Shown here: piece by piece, positions 59,584-64,000 of the stretch | How the letters are laid out: every line of letters starts with the position of its first letter | Position numbering within the stretch: the stretch's first letter is position 1 | NCBI GenBank assembly: GCA_002269645.1 | Contig: NIVC01002271.1 | Span: 62,001 to 126,000, forward strand | Origin: Macrostomum lignano | Taxonomy: Eukaryota | Length of the DNA stretch: 64,000 nt | Direction of reading: 5' to 3' | The notes under the pieces: model-generated | Told to the model about the DNA's origin: nothing | What the model saw: the letters and a program-made list of their open reading frames with translations, nothing else | Database searches by the model: none | Made by a program: the position numbers and the translations under genes

Positions 59584-62065
59584 AAATTGATAAATTGATT
59601 GATGATTCATGATTTGATTGAGTAATTAATTGCTTGACCGATTGATGATGGATTGATTGATTGATTGATGAATTAATTAATTGATTGATTTTATTGATTG
59701 ATTTATTGATTGATTGATATTTGATAAATTATCATTCCATTGATTGATTGATAGATAAATTGAATGATTGATTGATAGATTGATTGATTGATTGATAAAT
59801 TGATTAATTGATTGATAAATTGATTGATTGATTGATTATTCATCATTTGCTTGAGTAATTAAATGCTTGACGGATTGATGGATTGATTGATGGATTGATT
59901 GATTAATTGATTAATTGATTGATGAATTAACTAATTGATTCATTCATTCATGATTTGTGATTTGACTAATTGGTGATTGATGATTCATCATTTGATTGAT
60001 TGATTGACCAGTCTCACCCAGGAAGTAGGCCACCATAGTGCTTAAAATCCTGGACAGAATGCTAACCGCAAGGAACAGGAGCACCAGCTTCCAGGACACG
60101 TATTTCCACAGGAAGCGATTCTCCACCGATCCGAACACGAACCCGATAGACAGCGAGCCGAAAAAGCCAAGCAACTTTGACGTTTTGGCCAGCATTGATT
60201 TGTAGGAGATCTTGCTGGCCTCCGACATGTTGTGAATGCAGAATGTGCTCTGAATGAGCTCGCAGGATATGCTTCTGCCGCGAGGGGGGGTGGAGGCAGC
60301 TGCGAGTCAGGCTCTGTGCTCGTTCCTCTCATACACTTCTCTCACTCTCTCCGTCTCACTCTCTCCCTGTCTCCCTGTCTCCCTGTCTTCCTGTCTCCCT
60401 GTCTCACTCTCTCTCTGTCTCACTCTCTCCCTGTCTCACTCTCTCCCTGTCTCACTCTCTCTCTGTCTCTCTCTCTCCCTGTCTCATTGTCTCACTCTCT
60501 CTCTGTCTCACTCTCTCTCTGTCTCATTGTCTCACTCTCTCCCTCTCTCATTGTCTCACTCTCTCCCTGTCTCACTCTCTCCCTGTCTCACTCTCTCCCT
60601 GTCTCACTCTCTCCCTGTCTCACTCTCTCCCTGTCTCACTCTCTCCCTGTCTCACTTTCTCCCTGTCTCACTCTCTCCCTGTCTCACTCTCTCCCTGTCT
60701 CACTCTCTCTCTCTCTGTCACACTCGCTCTCTGTCTCACTTTCTCCCTGTCTCACTCTCTCTCTCTGTCACACTCGCTCTCTGTCTCATTGTCTCACTCT
60801 CTCCCTCTCTCATTGTCTCACTCTCTCCCTGTCTCACTCTCTCCCTGTCTCACTCTCTCCCTGTCTCACTCTCTCCCTGTCTCACTCTCTCCCTGTCTCA
60901 CTCTCTCCCTGTCTCACTCTCTCCCTGTCTCACTCTCTCCCTGTCTCACTCTCTCCCTGTCTCACTCTCTCCCTGTCTCACTCTCTCCCTGTCTCACTCT
61001 CTCCCTGTCTCACTCTCTCCCTGTCTCACTCTCTCCCTGTCTCACTCTCTCCCTGTCTCACTCTCTCCCTGTCTCACTCTCTCCCTGTCTCACTCTCTCC
61101 CTGTCTCACTCTCTCCCTGTCTCACTCTCTCCCTGTCTCACTCTCTCCCTGTCTCACTCTCTCCCTGTCTCACTCTCTCCCTGTCTCACTCTCTCCCTGT
61201 CTCACTCTCTCTCTCTCTGTCACACTCGCTCTCTGTCTCACTCTCTCCCTGTCTCACTCTCTCCCTGTCTCACTCTCTTCCTGTCTCACTCTCTCCCTGT
61301 CTCACTCTCTCCCTATCTCACTCTCCATTTTTCACAACCGATGAGCAACGCAGGCACTCACGCAATGATAGGTGACAATCCCATTTTCTGAGCGACAGTG
61401 TACGATATGTAGTTGGAGCATGGCAGCACAACCATTTCTTGCTGCACGTGAAGAAAGCTGGAGTGCTTGGTCACGTAGCTGCTTAACAAGCCAGCCGTCA
61501 GGCCCAGCATCACGGAAACCATTGGAACAAACAGAGCTCGTTTTAGTACGGCAACGGATGTGCTGCCAATGCTCAGATTGGTGTCGTTGCTCAGGTCTAC
61601 CGCTATTTGTCTGCGATTGTGGGGGCGCGATTGGCTTATTTTTATCTATTAGATCTGCTGGATGTTCTCCGAGCCGCCATTAGAACCGATCTTTTGTCAC
61701 TCTTTCTCTCACTCTCTTCCTCTTCCTCTCACTCTCTCTCACTCTCTTCCTCTCTCACTCTCTCCCTCTTCCTCTCACTCTCTCTTTCACTCCCTCCCTC
61801 TCTCACTCTCTCACTCTTTCCCTCTCTCTCTCTCACTCCCTCCCTCTCTCCCTCTCTCACTCTTTCCCTCTCTCTCTCTCACTCTCTCTCTTTCACTCCC
61901 TCCCTCTCTCACTCTCTCACTCTCTCACTCTCTCTCTCACTCTCTCCCTCTCTCTCTCTCTCTCTCACTCTCTCACTCTCTTCCTCTTCCTCTCACTCTC
62001 TATCACTCTCTCTCTCTTTCACTCTCTCCCTCTCTCACTCTCTCACTCTCTCTCTCTCTCTCTCA

Positions 62066-62097
<32 letters not shown>

Positions 62098-64000
62098 TTC
62101 ACTCTCTTCCTCTCTCACTCTCTTCCTCTTCCTCTCACTCTCTATCACTCTCTCTCTCTCTTTCACTCCCTCCCTCTCTCACTCTCTTCCTCTTCCTCTC
62201 ACTCTCTCACTCTCTCACCTCTGGCTCTCCCTCTCCCTCTCTCACTCCCTCCCTCTCTCACTCTCTCACTCTTTCCCTCTCTCTCTCTCTCTCTCACTCT
62301 CTCACTCTCTCACTCTCTCACTCTCTCACCTCTCCCTCTCAGTCTTTCACTCCCTCCCTCTCTCGCTCTCTCACTCTCTCTCTCTCACTCTCTCCCTCTC
62401 TCTCTCTCTCTCTCTCCCTCTCACTCTTTCACTCTCTCACTCCCTCCCTCTCTCACTCTCTCACTCTTTCCCCCTCTCTCTCTCTCTCTCACTCTCTCAC
62501 TCTCTCACCTCTCCCTCTCAGTCTTTCACTCCCTCCCTCTCTCGCTCTCTCACTTTCTCCTTCTCCCTCTCCCTCTCCCTCTCAGAAGAGAGGAGAGACG
62601 AAAGAAGAGAGCTGAGAAGAGACTCAAGCTTTTTTAGCTGTTGTGAAGTTTTTATGGACCCCAGGGCCGGTTAGAGCGGCTTCTGCCAGCCTCTGGTCCA
62701 AAATCAATCCGGCTGTTTACTCCTATCTCTGTCTCCCTTCGCTGCCTTCTGATTGGTTCTTCAGTCTCGCCTCGTCTTCTTATCAGCATCCAGCTGGCCC
62801 CACCCAGTTGATGCTAAAAATAGAATACGAGCTCAGTGTTACTTGTCCTGTTCTTCTGTACATGACTCAATACTTGTAGCAATTTTTGGCGGTCACCTGA
62901 GCTCCAAGGCGTAGGACATTGACACGAGACCGTAACTGGACAAAAACCCTCTCATCTGACAATTGCCTCGAATCTCGGGGAAGTTATGAACGCACAAGTA
63001 CGAGTCGACCATGGCCAAAGAGGAGCCAATATACAGCGCGTACATCACTTGGTGAAAATCGAACTTGGTACTTTTCGTAGATAAGTAACCATTAGATTGG
63101 GTGACGACGTAAGCTGTTAAAGCGTAACGATAAGGTCGTGGAAATAGTCTATGCGATTTCTAGTAAATAAAGCTGAAATTACCCGCAAAGAGGGGCTTTG
63201 AGAGGACTACCTTGTATTTTATATAGCTTTGTGAGCCAGCCATTCACCTGTACGAGTGACCTTGAGCTTTGGGAGCCAGCCTCCTGTGACCTTCAGCTTT
63301 GAAAACTTCTACGTGTGGCCTTGAGCTTCGAGAATCTCTACGTGTGACCTTGAGCTTCGAGAATCTCTACGTGTGGCCTGGAGTTTCGAGAATCTCTACG
63401 TGTGACCTTGAGCTTCGAGAATCTCTACGTGTGACCTTGAGCTTCGAGAATCTCTACGTGTGACCTTGAGCTTCGAGAATCTCTACGTGTGACCTTGAGC
63501 TTCGAGAATCTCTACGTGTGGCCTGGAGTTTCGAGAATCTCTACGTGTGACCTTGAGCTTCGAGAATCTCTACGTGTGACCTTGAGCTTCGAGAATCTCT
63601 ACGTGTGGCCTTGAGCTTCGAGAATCTCTACGTGTGACTTTGAGCTTCGAGAATCTCTACTCGAGATCTTTACCTCATAGTTACATAAGACATGGTTAAA
63701 ATTTACGACAAGTAACGATCAGAGACTTAGTTATGCGAGCAACTCACCTATAACAGATCCAACAATGAGCAAAACGCACAGCGCAGTCTTGAGTATGGCA
63801 AAGGTGATGGTCATTCGCAACTGTTTCCTTGTAGACTGCACGCACAACTTACTGGCCGGGTACATGATGAGAAACGGCAGTATATTGTTGTCGAAATTGT
63901 TCCACGGCAGAAAGAACTGCGCCAAACTCTTCAATGATCGGCTGGTGCCAAAGAGCAGGCCGAAGGTCATTCCAATCAAGGAATTGCAGACTGTCTCGTT
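57232..64000 (-). CDS. Divergent SLC9A/NHE-like cation-proton exchanger homologue, 5' end outside the window. Exons >64000-63748, 63113-62897, 61610-61362, 60274-60018, 59382-59261, 59148-58941, 58123-57912, 57333-57232
   Basis: Phase-consistent splicing and collinear similarity to NHE1 recalled from memory: [10 protein letters not shown]~GSIISAVDPV; [40 protein letters not shown]~[39 protein letters not shown]; [12 protein letters not shown]~ANISHKSHTTIK; HTRS~GLRG; [10 protein letters not shown]~ERSKEPQLIAFY. Stop TGA 57234-57232. One intron (59260-59149) is read as GC-AG; the 58941/58123 junction has an in-frame alternative. Confidence 0.8.
57470..57875. repeat. (CTAT)n with periodic CTCACCTGTAT interruptions in the last NHE intron
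   Basis: Directly visible. Confidence 0.93.
58150..58935. repeat. C-rich compound array (CCTGCCTCACCCACC) in an NHE intron; G-rich on the transcribed strand
   Basis: Directly visible. Confidence 0.92.
59410..60010. repeat. Degenerate (GATT)n in an NHE intron
   Basis: Directly visible. Confidence 0.9.
60330..61330. repeat. 16-bp pyrimidine array (CTCACTCTCTCCCTGT) in an NHE intron
   Basis: Directly visible. Confidence 0.93.
61700..62585. repeat. Degenerate CT/CTCA pyrimidine tract in an NHE intron
   Basis: Directly visible. Confidence 0.92.
63255..63665. repeat. 29-bp array (CCTTGAGCTTCGAGAATCTCTACGTGTGA) in an NHE intron
   Basis: Directly visible. Confidence 0.93.

Overview
Eukaryotic (animal) genomic DNA with spliceosomal introns. 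GC-rich polyQ-containing exons separated by very abundant micro/minisatellites suggest a free-living flatworm such as Macrostomum; this is an inference from style, not proven. Most long ORFs in the supplied track are repeat artefacts. By splice-site and frame reconstruction I find five genes: (1) an orphan Gln/His-rich protein (- strand, 3613-5168); (2) a highly divergent SLC16/MCT-type MFS transporter with a ~600-aa central loop (+, 10874-20974); (3) a second, more canonical SLC16 with a single in-frame TAG at codon 199 (+, 25771-29721); (4) a complete long-type ABCC1/MRP1-like ABC exporter (+, 36527-55907); (5) an SLC9A/NHE-like gene (-, 57232->64000) lacking the acidic ion-binding residues. 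The standout system is in the ABCC gene: four tandem, diverged, phase-matched copies of the exon for the end of TM13, the coupling loop, TM14 and TM15 (49425-52799). They can only be used one at a time without a frameshift, predicting four transporter isoforms with different pocket residues; two related self-complementary 16-bp arrays sit in the introns around them. Also present: two related solo-LTR-like elements, a foldback/Mutator-like element and a Mutator-type MITE (both with 9-bp TSDs), a dispersed repeat family, two sharply CpG-depleted domains just 5' of gene starts, and a distinct tandem array in almost every large intron. All alignments and counts were done by eye.
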